IMG/VR virus record: IMGVR_UViG_3300019124_000003
Span: 1-64,000 of that record
Direction: 5' to 3' (one strand)
Origin: a virus
Length of the DNA: 64,000 bases
The position numbers were made by a program, and so were the translations under genes. Positions 29,930 to 38,237 of this stretch are shown piece by piece. Within the stretch, counting starts at the first letter, position 1. The number at the start of each line of letters is the position of its first letter. Under the pieces are notes generated by a model, which saw only the letters and a program-made list of their open reading frames with translations, made no database searches and was not told where the DNA came from.

Positions 29930-30633
29930 CACGCCACCTCGAGGCCGCGCCGCGTCGCGAGGCTGTGGAAGCGGCGCATGAACAGGTGCTTGGCCTGCTC
30001 CGGGTTCCAGAACTGGAGCTTCACGTCCGCCTCGACCGAGGAATCGTGCAGGTGGCCCTTGTGCGGATTGTTGATGTTCTGCGCCATCTCCGCCGTGACC
30101 ACGGCCTCGTCCGCCTTCTTGACCGATGCCGGCCACGGATAGACGAGCCCGAAGCGCTGCGCGATCACCGCCTCGTTCGCGGCCTCGATCGGCAGATAGG
30201 CGTCACGAAGCTGCGGGATCAGCTTCAGCGGCCGGATGATGTCGCCGATATAGGCCTCGGCCGCGTCGTGCAGCAGACGCTCCAGCGCCTCGTCTTCCGG
30301 GCCGATGTAGGAGGCCCAGTAGCAATGTTCGGCGACCGACAGGAAGCGGCGCGACTGCCCATTGAAGCGGCACTGGTTGGAGAGCCCGTGCGCGATGTCC
30401 TCGATGTGGACTTCCTCGACGCGCGGATCGAGCGGGAAATACCAGCGGCCCGAGAACGTGTGCATTCCGTAGCCGACACGCTCGGGGTTCGACGGGCAGT
30501 GAATGCCGCCGGCGATGGCCTGAGCCTTCGCGATCAGCTCCGCGACCGTGTTCTTGATGGCGTCGGAGATGATCAGGTTGCCTTCCGGCACCGTCGGCAC
30601 GATCACCTTCTTTTTCTGCGTCTTGGTTGTCAT
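29929..30633 (-). CDS. HD-domain phosphohydrolase (5'-deoxynucleotidase-like)
   Basis: VAEHCYW ... LLHDAAEAYIGD His/HD metal-binding pattern; behind class-2 promoter. Confidence 0.8.
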   Translation of the reverse strand: MTTKTQKKKVIVPTVPEGNLIISDAIKNTVAELIAKAQAIAGGIHCPSNPERVGYGMHTFSGRWYFPLDPRVEEVHIEDIAHGLSNQCRFNGQSRRFLSVAEHCYWASYIGPEDEALERLLHDAAEAYIGDIIRPLKLIPQLRDAYLPIEAANEAVIAQRFGLVYPWPASVKKADEAVVTAEMAQNINNPHKGHLHDSSVEADVKLQFWNPEQAKHLFMRRFHSLATRRGLEVA

Positions 30634-30684
30634 GGAATCCTTCCTTGAGACAGCTCGCCGTCTGCTAAGTCAGTTCTTACTGAT

Positions 30685-30708
30685 AACATAGCAGACGACG
30701 AGCGGCTG
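30685..30708 (-). promoter_or_regulatory. class-2 phage promoter
   Basis: CAGCCG-N10-GCTATGTT upstream of HD gene. Confidence 0.55.
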
Positions 30709-30722
30709 TGATCAGGGATCGA

Positions 30723-32075
30723 TCAGGCTGCCTTGAGGTGCTTGGCGAGCGACTTGCGGCACATGCCGAGCTTCTTCTCGATCTCGCGGAGCGAGAGCCC
30801 GTTGCCGTTGTCGTAGAGCTTCTTCGCCTTTTCGAGCTTCTTGGCGTAGTCGGCCGCCTTCTTCTCGGCAGGGGAGAGCTTGGACTTCTTGACGGGATCC
30901 GCCGCCTTCTTCGTGACCGCCTTGACATCGGCCTTCGCCGACTTCAGCGACTTCATCACCGGCGAGTCCTTCTTGGGCTTCGTGCGCTTGTCGAGGTTCG
31001 CCCGTGCGGCGCCCTGTGTGATCGCCAGGCTCATGTCGCCGGTCATCGCCGCCTGGATGAGCTGCCGCGCCTGCTTCGGATCGACCTTCGGGGCCACATC
31101 GACCTTGCGGGGCTTCACCTTCTTGGCGACCTTGCCCGTCGCACCCTCGACCGGCCGGACCTCGATCGGCGTATCCTTGTCCTGGTAGGTCGAGCCGTGA
31201 ACGATCACCTCCTCGATCACGTCGATGTGGTTGCCGGCGAGAACCTCCTCGACGACCTTCTTGCCAGCCGGGTCGGTGATCGCCGAGATTCCCTGCCGGG
31301 TCTGGTGATAGGCGCTCTGAGGCAGGATCGCGACCAGGTGATAGGCGGCGCAGCGCATCTTGCCGTTCTCGTTGAGCGGCACCGCGATCACGTCGGCAGG
31401 CCTGACCTTCGCCAGGAACACCGTGTTGCCGTAGGAGCCATACTTCGACGAGCACACATGCAGGCCCGTCGAACACTGGACGCGGCGGTTGTCGTCCACC
31501 TTCTCGACCGGCATCATCACCTTCGAGCCGAGGCGCTGCTTCACCTTGCCGGTGTGGTGATCGACGTAGACGCCTGCCTCGCCGGCCTTGTCGAGATACT
31601 TGTAGACCAGGATCGAGCCGTCGTCGCAGATCGGCAGGTCGTTGATCCGCATGAACTCCAGGAGCTCCTGCGCCGAGTGCTTGTGCGGAATGCGGGCGAA
31701 GTCGCTCATGAACGCCTGGAAGCCCTTCGCGCCCTCGCCATAGGCCGCACGCTCCAGGTGCTTCTTGAGCTTGTCGCCGTCCTCGACCGTCACGGTCCCG
31801 GTCGAGATCGCGGTCTTGCCGTTCTTCTCCTCGACCTTGATCGCGCCGCCGGTCATCTCCTCGACGCGCTTGGCGAGCGAGAACTTGCCGAGGTCGATCG
31901 CGTAGGGCTTGCCGGGATTGCGGGCTAGGCCGGGCAGGACTTCCTCGACGATGGCCTGGGTGCGATAGCTCTCGCTCGCCAGGACTTCCGAGGTGCCGTC
32001 GGCGAGAAACAGCGTCACGCCGTTCTTTGAGACGATGGCACCCATGACATTGATCGTGCTCATGTCGTGCTCCAT
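30723..32075 (-). CDS. rIIB: rIIB-like protein with Lys-rich C-terminal extension
   Basis: CSTGLHVCSSKY and GKMRCAAYHLV parallel T4 rIIB CSRGLHVCSKSY and AKMRTCQYEVV; directly downstream of rIIA; alternative start MSTINV. Confidence 0.8.
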   Translation of the reverse strand: MEHDMSTINVMGAIVSKNGVTLFLADGTSEVLASESYRTQAIVEEVLPGLARNPGKPYAIDLGKFSLAKRVEEMTGGAIKVEEKNGKTAISTGTVTVEDGDKLKKHLERAAYGEGAKGFQAFMSDFARIPHKHSAQELLEFMRINDLPICDDGSILVYKYLDKAGEAGVYVDHHTGKVKQRLGSKVMMPVEKVDDNRRVQCSTGLHVCSSKYGSYGNTVFLAKVRPADVIAVPLNENGKMRCAAYHLVAILPQSAYHQTRQGISAITDPAGKKVVEEVLAGNHIDVIEEVIVHGSTYQDKDTPIEVRPVEGATGKVAKKVKPRKVDVAPKVDPKQARQLIQAAMTGDMSLAITQGAARANLDKRTKPKKDSPVMKSLKSAKADVKAVTKKAADPVKKSKLSPAEKKAADYAKKLEKAKKLYDNGNGLSLREIEKKLGMCRKSLAKHLKAA

Positions 32076-34522
32076 TAAGCGGCGATCGGCAGCGGGGCCG
32101 GAACGCCTGTGGTTGCTTCAGGGGTGGGTTCGGTCGAAGCCTTCTGTTCTTCCGCCTTGCGCTCCGACCGCTCGCGCTTGCGGTTTTCCTCGACCAGCTC
32201 GCAGAGCCGGTCCAATTCCTCGTCCTTGAGGCTCGTCACGGCCTCGGAATGGTAGGTCGTCAGCCGGGCAAACAGGCTCAGGTGCGGGAAGGGTTCCCGC
32301 TCGATCTTGATCCCGGGCGGGTTCTTCTTCAGAAGCTCCGTCAGAACGTCCTCGAACAGCGTCTCGATCCCGAGCAGCTCCACCGTCTCCGCCTCGTTGA
32401 CCACGACGGCGTGATGCGAGCGGTTTCGGAACAGAATCCGGGCACCCAGCCACAGGCTCCACGCCTCGTCACGGTCGGCGTTCTCGCGATAGGGCAGGCC
32501 GAAGGCGACATGCGCGGCCTTGCGCGAGCGCCGATACATCTTGAGCGCGAAGCCGAGCGGCGAGCCGCTGTCGTGATGGTGCGTCACGATGAAGTCGGCC
32601 ATGTAGGCGTAGAAGCTCTCGTAGGGCTTCCTCTTCGCCACGCGCCGCTTGATCGCGTCGAGGACCAGGCTCTCGAGCCGCGGAATCCCGGCCGCTTCCA
32701 TCTTCTTGATCGTCGTGACGTTGGTCGCGACTGCAACATCGTTGCCGAGAGACCCGAGATAGTCGAGCAGCCGCCTCTGGCCGGTCGAACTATACATGGC
32801 GACGCCCGGACCTTCGTAGGCGGAGCGGATCAGCTTGCCCGCATAGAACGATGACGGCGTGAACGCCTCCGGATCGTTTATGGCCCAGCCGGCGACATGG
32901 CCGTAATGGCTGACGTTGCTGGCCATCGTCAGACGCCGATAGGTGGCACCCTTGACCGCCTTCGGCTTCGGCGGCGCCTTCGGCCTGGGCTCGGGCTTCT
33001 CCAGCTCGACGACCGGAACCTTCAGCTTTTCGGCCTTCGCCTTGATCGCATCGATCTGCTCGGGCGTGAGCTTGCTGGTGTTGACGTAGAAGCCGCGATC
33101 CTGCTTGAGGATCATCGCCTCGCGGGTCGGAGCCAGGAAGAGGCGCTGCGTCAGAGGATATGACGAGTGCCGCTTGATTTGAAACTTGCGAAGCTGCTCG
33201 GCGTAACGGCCCGGCGTCAGGCGCAGATAGGTCGCATCGACCGCGCCGCCCGCGCCAACGATCCGGACCATCCGGCGCAGGACGTAGAATGCCTGCTCGC
33301 TCGTGAAGTCCATATAGCGGCGCATACTCGGAATGTAGGTGTTATAGCCATCGAGCTTGCGCAGGATCCTCGTATGGTCGCGAAGGGTCCTGGCCGCGAT
33401 CCGCGTGAACTGGCGCAGGTCGATGTTGAACCGGCGCATGTTGTAGCGCGCCACGAAGCGGGCGATGGCCTCGCCGCCGCAGATCGCACCCTCCGGGATC
33501 ACTTCCGGCTTGTCGGCACGGGAGCGCCAGTTGTGCAGCCCGTCGCGTCCGAGCTTCTTGGCGTGCTCCGTCATCTCCTCGCGAATAAAGCGCGGATAGC
33601 GCCGGCCGACCTCGTGCGTCACCCGCCGCAGCATCTTGGAGAGCACCTTCAGGGTGATCGGATCGTAGGACAGACTCTCACGCGAGGGCGTGATGCCGAT
33701 CGTGTCGGGCTTGGCGTAGAGCACCAGGTCGTAATCGCCCGGCATGAAGGCGATCACCTTGCCGATCGCCTTGCCCAGATCGTTGTGATGATCGAGCGGG
33801 TAGAGCACGTTGGCGTAGAGCACCTTGATCGTGGTGGCGCCATAGTCGCCGTGCCGCTGCCGCACCAGGCCGAAGCCGTGCTCCTTCAGCTCCACGTAGT
33901 CTCGGGTCGGCAACCGCTTGCCGTTGAGCCTGACCTTCATGCCGCCTTCGAGCACGACCGCGCGGAGCGCCTGATCCATCGCATTGCGCATTGCGCCGCT
34001 CTCAAGAGGGATCGAGACTGCGAGGCCCGTCTTGTCGTGGGGAACCCGCGCCATCTCGCGCACTTCCGGCTCGCCCGAACCCTCGCCGATGGTCATGGCG
34101 TAGACGACTTTGAAGCCGTCGTGAGCGTTGATGACGGTGAAATGGTCGGTGATTGAGAACGGGGCCTTCGCGCCCAGGCCGAAGCCGCCAGTCTGACGTT
34201 TGTCCTGGGTCTTCGTCGAGCCGAACAAGGTGCAATAGACCGGCACGATCTTCTCGTGGGGAATGCCGGGCCCGAAGTCCTCGATCCGCAGCTCGGTGTC
34301 GGTCAGCGTGACCTCGACCGGCAGATCGGGCTTGCCTGCCGCGATATGGGCGTCGATGGCGTTGCAGAGCGTCTCGCGGGCGACGGCCCTGATCTTGTCG
34401 CGATACAGGGTATCGGACATCAGTTTGAAGGCGTATCCGCTCGCGTTGATCTGGAATTTCTGGGCTTCGCCTCCTCCGACAAGCGCGAAGGCGTCGGACT
34501 CGACGGCATGACTGACCTGCAT
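32075..34522 (-). CDS. rIIA: rIIA-like protein (GHKL ATPase-like N-terminus)
   Basis: RAVARETLCNAIDAH, DFGPGI, GGFGLGAKAPFS, ITPSRESLSYD are collinear with T4 rIIA RAVVRELITNMIDAH, DFGPGM, GGFGLGSKSPFS, IAPSREALSLD. Confidence 0.9.
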   Translation of the reverse strand: MQVSHAVESDAFALVGGGEAQKFQINASGYAFKLMSDTLYRDKIRAVARETLCNAIDAHIAAGKPDLPVEVTLTDTELRIEDFGPGIPHEKIVPVYCTLFGSTKTQDKRQTGGFGLGAKAPFSITDHFTVINAHDGFKVVYAMTIGEGSGEPEVREMARVPHDKTGLAVSIPLESGAMRNAMDQALRAVVLEGGMKVRLNGKRLPTRDYVELKEHGFGLVRQRHGDYGATTIKVLYANVLYPLDHHNDLGKAIGKVIAFMPGDYDLVLYAKPDTIGITPSRESLSYDPITLKVLSKMLRRVTHEVGRRYPRFIREEMTEHAKKLGRDGLHNWRSRADKPEVIPEGAICGGEAIARFVARYNMRRFNIDLRQFTRIAARTLRDHTRILRKLDGYNTYIPSMRRYMDFTSEQAFYVLRRMVRIVGAGGAVDATYLRLTPGRYAEQLRKFQIKRHSSYPLTQRLFLAPTREAMILKQDRGFYVNTSKLTPEQIDAIKAKAEKLKVPVVELEKPEPRPKAPPKPKAVKGATYRRLTMASNVSHYGHVAGWAINDPEAFTPSSFYAGKLIRSAYEGPGVAMYSSTGQRRLLDYLGSLGNDVAVATNVTTIKKMEAAGIPRLESLVLDAIKRRVAKRKPYESFYAYMADFIVTHHHDSGSPLGFALKMYRRSRKAAHVAFGLPYRENADRDEAWSLWLGARILFRNRSHHAVVVNEAETVELLGIETLFEDVLTELLKKNPPGIKIEREPFPHLSLFARLTTYHSEAVTSLKDEELDRLCELVEENRKRERSERKAEEQKASTEPTPEATTGVPAPLPIAA

Positions 34523-34568
34523 GTGCAGTCGCTCCTCTCGTTGTGCGTGTGCGTTGCGCTACAGTCTT

Positions 34569-34592
34569 GTTATAGCGACTGTAGCGCGGCTG
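34569..34592 (-). promoter_or_regulatory. class-2 phage promoter
   Basis: CAGCCG-N10-GCTATAAC upstream of rIIA. Confidence 0.55.
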
Positions 34593-34615
34593 TGTCAGTC
34601 AAAACTGACTTATTT

Positions 34616-35230
34616 TTAGTGGTAAATTGCAGTCCGCTTCTGGGCGGAAATCTGCTCCAACCGCTCGCAGATCACGCCGGCCGAGGCCGAGATCCGGGTC
34701 TCCAGGTCGGCCACGTTGAGGATGCCGACGGTGACGGTGCGATCCACCTGCTTGAGCGCCCCTTCGAGGATGAACTGAAGGTGGTGCTGGTAGGCGATGT
34801 TCGGCGGCGGCTTGCCTTCCTCGACCTTGTAGTTGCCCGGCAGCGGCTTGCAGACGATCAGGGTGTCGTAATTCTGTTTCGTCAGGTCGATGCAGCGCTG
34901 CACATAGGCCAGGATCCGCTGCTGGAGCTCCGGCGAGGCGTCGTGGTGCATTCCGATCTCGCCGAGCGTGTAGGTGATCATGTCCATGGGCGTCCGGTCG
35001 GTGAGACAAGGCCGCGGGGCGGCCTTGATCTCCTCGATGTGCCGGTCGAGCACCTTCTCCTGCATGTCGATGCGCTCGGAGAGCGACATCGGCGCCACGG
35101 AATCGTAGCCGAGATCCTTCGCGATGCGGCCGAAGGACGAGTCCTGGAAGTGGATTCCCAGGCGCTCGCTCAACTCCCGGGCAAGAGTTGTCTTGCCCGA
35201 GCGATGAGTGCCGACGACACCGAACATCAT
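34616..35230 (-). CDS. P-loop NTPase/kinase-like protein
   Basis: Walker A GTHRSGKTT at N-terminus; ATGA coupling to dut. Confidence 0.65.
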   Translation of the reverse strand: MMFGVVGTHRSGKTTLARELSERLGIHFQDSSFGRIAKDLGYDSVAPMSLSERIDMQEKVLDRHIEEIKAAPRPCLTDRTPMDMITYTLGEIGMHHDASPELQQRILAYVQRCIDLTKQNYDTLIVCKPLPGNYKVEEGKPPPNIAYQHHLQFILEGALKQVDRTVTVGILNVADLETRISASAGVICERLEQISAQKRTAIYH

Positions 35231-35856
35231 GCCTGAAGACCCGTGGAGCCGAAGCCGCCTTCGCCGCGCTCCGTCTCGTCGAGGCTCTCGACGACGCGCC
35301 ACTTGGCGCGGGCGTAGGGCGTGATCACGAGCTGGGCGACGCGCATCCCGTAGGTGACGGTGAACGGCTCGTCGCCGAGGTTGATCAGCATCGCCTTCAG
35401 CTCGCCGCGGTAGTCCTCGTCGATAACGCCGGGCCCGTTGAGCACGGTGATGCCGTGATTGAGCGCCAGGCCGGAGCGCGGGCACACCAGGCCCACGGAG
35501 GACGCCGGCAGCTTCACGGCGATGCCAGTCGGGACCAGGGCCCGGTCGCCGGGATGCAGCACAATCGGCTGCTTCACGTCGGCCGAGAGATCGAGCCCCG
35601 CGGCGCCGGCCGAGCCGTAGGACGGAATGATGGCCGTGTCGGTGAGCTTCTTGAACTCCACGTCCGCGCTGAAGACGGTCGGCTCGTCCTCGTCGTAGAA
35701 GTCGCGGTAATAGAGGCCGGCAGGCTCGCGAGCCTCTTCCAGCTCGTCATCATCATTGGCCGCGACGGGACCCGTCGCCACGGTGTCGTTCTCATCCGTC
35801 TCCGGCAGACCCGCGTCGAAGAGGAAACGGTGAATGGCACGTCCGATCGCACCCAT
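35227..35856 (-). CDS. dut: dUTPase (trimeric type) with ~65-aa acidic N-terminal extension
   Basis: AGLDL, PRSG, GVIDEDYRGE, RVAQLV, RGEGGFGSTG motifs I-V. Confidence 0.9.
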   Translation of the reverse strand: MGAIGRAIHRFLFDAGLPETDENDTVATGPVAANDDDELEEAREPAGLYYRDFYDEDEPTVFSADVEFKKLTDTAIIPSYGSAGAAGLDLSADVKQPIVLHPGDRALVPTGIAVKLPASSVGLVCPRSGLALNHGITVLNGPGVIDEDYRGELKAMLINLGDEPFTVTYGMRVAQLVITPYARAKWRVVESLDETERGEGGFGSTGLQA

Positions 35857-36263
35857 TATGCAAGCTCCTTGTCGTCGTGAGAGAGGGGAAGGACGCCGAC
35901 CTCGCTCTCGGCGAGCGGCTCGGCAGGGGTCTTGAACATGACCAGCGGCAGGGTCTCCTCGCTGATCTCCTCGTCCTCGACCATCAGGGCGTTGGGCTCG
36001 AGATCCTCGTCCACCGGCAGGTCGCCGACGAAATCGACCTCTTCCTCCAGCGTGTCGTCGCCCTCGTGCTCCGCGAGCGCGTCCTTGATGAAGGTGACGG
36101 CCGCCTCACGGGCCGCCTCGCGCGTCTCATAGGGGCCGGCGAGCGGGATCGGGTCGCCCTCGACCTCCTCGCCGGTCGGGATCGAGTAGTAGAACCCCGG
36201 CTGGAAACCGGGATTCTCGGAGTTCGTCAGGTCATAGACCTGAAATTCGACGGTATCGCTCAT
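35856..36263 (-). CDS. highly acidic hypothetical protein (135 aa)
   Basis: RBS TAGGAGG after leader box; Asp/Glu-rich. Confidence 0.7.
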   Translation of the reverse strand: MSDTVEFQVYDLTNSENPGFQPGFYYSIPTGEEVEGDPIPLAGPYETREAAREAAVTFIKDALAEHEGDDTLEEEVDFVGDLPVDEDLEPNALMVEDEEISEETLPLVMFKTPAEPLAESEVGVLPLSHDDKELA

Positions 36264-36294
36264 GTGTAGAGCCTCCTAAAGTCAGTAATGACTG

Positions 36295-36831
36295 TTAATT
36301 CTGGGCCGGCTTAGGGTCGGCCACCGTGATGACGAGCGGCTCCTGGCGCAGACGGAAGGGCTTATCCGAATAGAGATACTTGCCGTTCCACTGCCGATAC
36401 TCTCCATTGGTGTTCCAATAGAAGATGTATTCGGCGGACGAGCCCCAGGTGCCTTCGTCCGAGGGCGTGGCGACCGTCTGGTAGGCGGTGCCGCCGTTGG
36501 TGCCGCCGATCGAGAAGCCGCGGACCTCGTAGGGCTTGGTCAGGCGCTTCGATCCCGACGTGATCTTGCCGCGCACGCCCTCATACATGATCGACTGGCC
36601 GGCCTCGTTCATGAGCAGGATGAAGCCGATCTGACCGGGCTTCGAGGTCAGCTCGATGCGCGCCTTGATGTTGTCGATCTCGGCGTTGTCGGTGAAGGTG
36701 ATGGAATTCGCGGCCTCCTGGGCCTTCTGCGCCTGGGTGTTCTTCACCGGCTGCTGGGCCTGCGGCTGCTCGTTGCAGCCCGTGATCAGGAGAGCGGCGC
36801 CCATCAGGGCGAGCAGAGTGGACTTCTTCAT
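36295..36831 (-). CDS. lipoprotein (178 aa)
   Basis: Signal peptide with lipobox LITGC. Confidence 0.75.
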   Translation of the reverse strand: MKKSTLLALMGAALLITGCNEQPQAQQPVKNTQAQKAQEAANSITFTDNAEIDNIKARIELTSKPGQIGFILLMNEAGQSIMYEGVRGKITSGSKRLTKPYEVRGFSIGGTNGGTAYQTVATPSDEGTWGSSAEYIFYWNTNGEYRQWNGKYLYSDKPFRLRQEPLVITVADPKPAQN

Positions 36832-36834
36832 GGC

Positions 36835-37242
36835 TTACTCGCAGATCGAGGGGTTGAGGGATTCCGGCGCCTCACGGCCCATGAAGATGCTCTTGTTGAT
36901 CTTCGTGGCGTTGGCGTTGTAGCGGCCGACGAGATCGCGGCAGCCCTGCTGGATCGCGGACAGCTCGATCCGCAGGCGCGACTTCTCGGCCGCGTCCGTC
37001 GTCTCCTCCAGGATCTTCTTGTGGCCGGCGATCTGGGCCACGCGCGCCTTGACCTGGTTGTTGGCGTCGTGGAACCACTCGTAGGAGGAGATGATGTTGT
37101 TGGTGTCCAGGGTCTTCTGGATCACCCGGCCGGGCGCCGTCGCCACCGAGACCGCGGTGCCGACGAGATTGCTGACGACGACACCGCCGCCGATCAGCGC
37201 GATCGCGCCGACGCCGTAGAGAATATACTTTCCGATGCTCAT
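36835..37242 (-). CDS. N-terminally anchored membrane protein with helical ectodomain
   Basis: RBS AAGGAGGA; TM ILYGVGAIALIGGGVVV followed by a helical region. Confidence 0.7.
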   Translation of the reverse strand: MSIGKYILYGVGAIALIGGGVVVSNLVGTAVSVATAPGRVIQKTLDTNNIISSYEWFHDANNQVKARVAQIAGHKKILEETTDAAEKSRLRIELSAIQQGCRDLVGRYNANATKINKSIFMGREAPESLNPSICE

Positions 37243-37251
37243 GGGTCCTCC

Positions 37252-38109
37252 TTAGACCTTCGGCTTGTCGCACTTGACGAGCGGGAAGCCGTCGTCGCCC
37301 ACGCCGATCTCGAAATCGGCGAAGATGTGCGGAGCCATTTCCTTGAAGTGCTTGGTGAACTCGACCGCGAGACGCCGGATCTCCAGATCCGCGCCTTCAG
37401 CGCCACGCAGGGCGCAGACATGCCGGGCCGCTCGCATGTTCATGGTCCACACCATGCGGGTCTCGGCCGCGTTGAACAGCACGGAGCGTGCCGCCTCCAG
37501 CGCCCGCTTCTTCTTCATGGTGTCGAACTTGATGCCGTGTCCCTTGAGCTGCGCGGCGTCGAGCGCCAGGTTCAGCGCATCGCGGGTGCGCTCGTAGGCC
37601 TGAAGGCTGTAGGCGCAGTCGGCTTCGAACTGCGCGGTCAGCTCCGGATCGCTCAGAGCGGCGATCAGCGGCGGCACGACGAAACGGATGTCCTTCGCGT
37701 CCACGTAGCGCTGGCTCTCCTGGGACGGAGAAGCGCCGGCTCGATGCCGGATCAGCTCGTGGGTGAGAGAACGGGAGATGCCCGACACGGCGAACGACAC
37801 GACGGAGTGCTCCAGCACCGAGCCGTGCTCCATGTCGATGATGTTCTTGATATAGGCGTCGCGCTTTCGCCCTTTCGCGAACGACCGGTAGCAGAAGCGG
37901 CCGGCAAACTCCGGCAGGGCATCGAGGGAGTTCTGCTCGATGTCGTGGCCGTCGGAGAGATCTTCGGCGAGGATGCCGAGAGGCGTGCCCTCTTCGTTGT
38001 AGATGTCCAGGAACCCGTGATCCTCGGCCCACTGATACAGGGCATCGGGATCCATCATCGTGCGCGCAATCGGGATGACACTGGGCTGATAGACGAGTTT
38101 TACGGTCAT
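37252..38109 (-). CDS. thyX: flavin-dependent thymidylate synthase ThyX
   Basis: ThyX signature RHRAGASPSQESQRY. Confidence 0.9.
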   Translation of the reverse strand: MTVKLVYQPSVIPIARTMMDPDALYQWAEDHGFLDIYNEEGTPLGILAEDLSDGHDIEQNSLDALPEFAGRFCYRSFAKGRKRDAYIKNIIDMEHGSVLEHSVVSFAVSGISRSLTHELIRHRAGASPSQESQRYVDAKDIRFVVPPLIAALSDPELTAQFEADCAYSLQAYERTRDALNLALDAAQLKGHGIKFDTMKKKRALEAARSVLFNAAETRMVWTMNMRAARHVCALRGAEGADLEIRRLAVEFTKHFKEMAPHIFADFEIGVGDDGFPLVKCDKPKV

Positions 38110-38120
38110 TGTGTGCCTTC

Positions 38121-38155
38121 TTGAAAAAGGGGAGGGGGCCGTTGATCCCCCTCCC
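38121..38155 (-). terminator. terminator/attenuator hairpin in the thyX leader
   Basis: GGGAGGGGG-8 nt-CCCCCTCCC then CTTTTTC; lies between class-2 promoter 38203-38226 and the thyX ATG. Confidence 0.6.
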
Positions 38156-38202
38156 GTGTGAGGGCTGCTTATCAGAAGTCGTCAGTCATCGCTGACTTAT
38201 CT

Positions 38203-38226
38203 AACATAGCAGCAGACAAGCGGCTG
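38203..38226 (-). promoter_or_regulatory. class-2 phage promoter
   Basis: CAGCCG-N10-GCTATGTT upstream of thyX. Confidence 0.55.
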
Positions 38227-38237
38227 TGCGTCGGAAA

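Noticed and set aside
36295-37242. Calling the TM protein + lipoprotein pair a spanin (lysis) cassette
   Set aside because: No holin or endolysin is nearby. The lipoprotein is about three times the usual o-spanin size, and the pair lies in an early nucleotide-metabolism operon. It is reported only as an open question.
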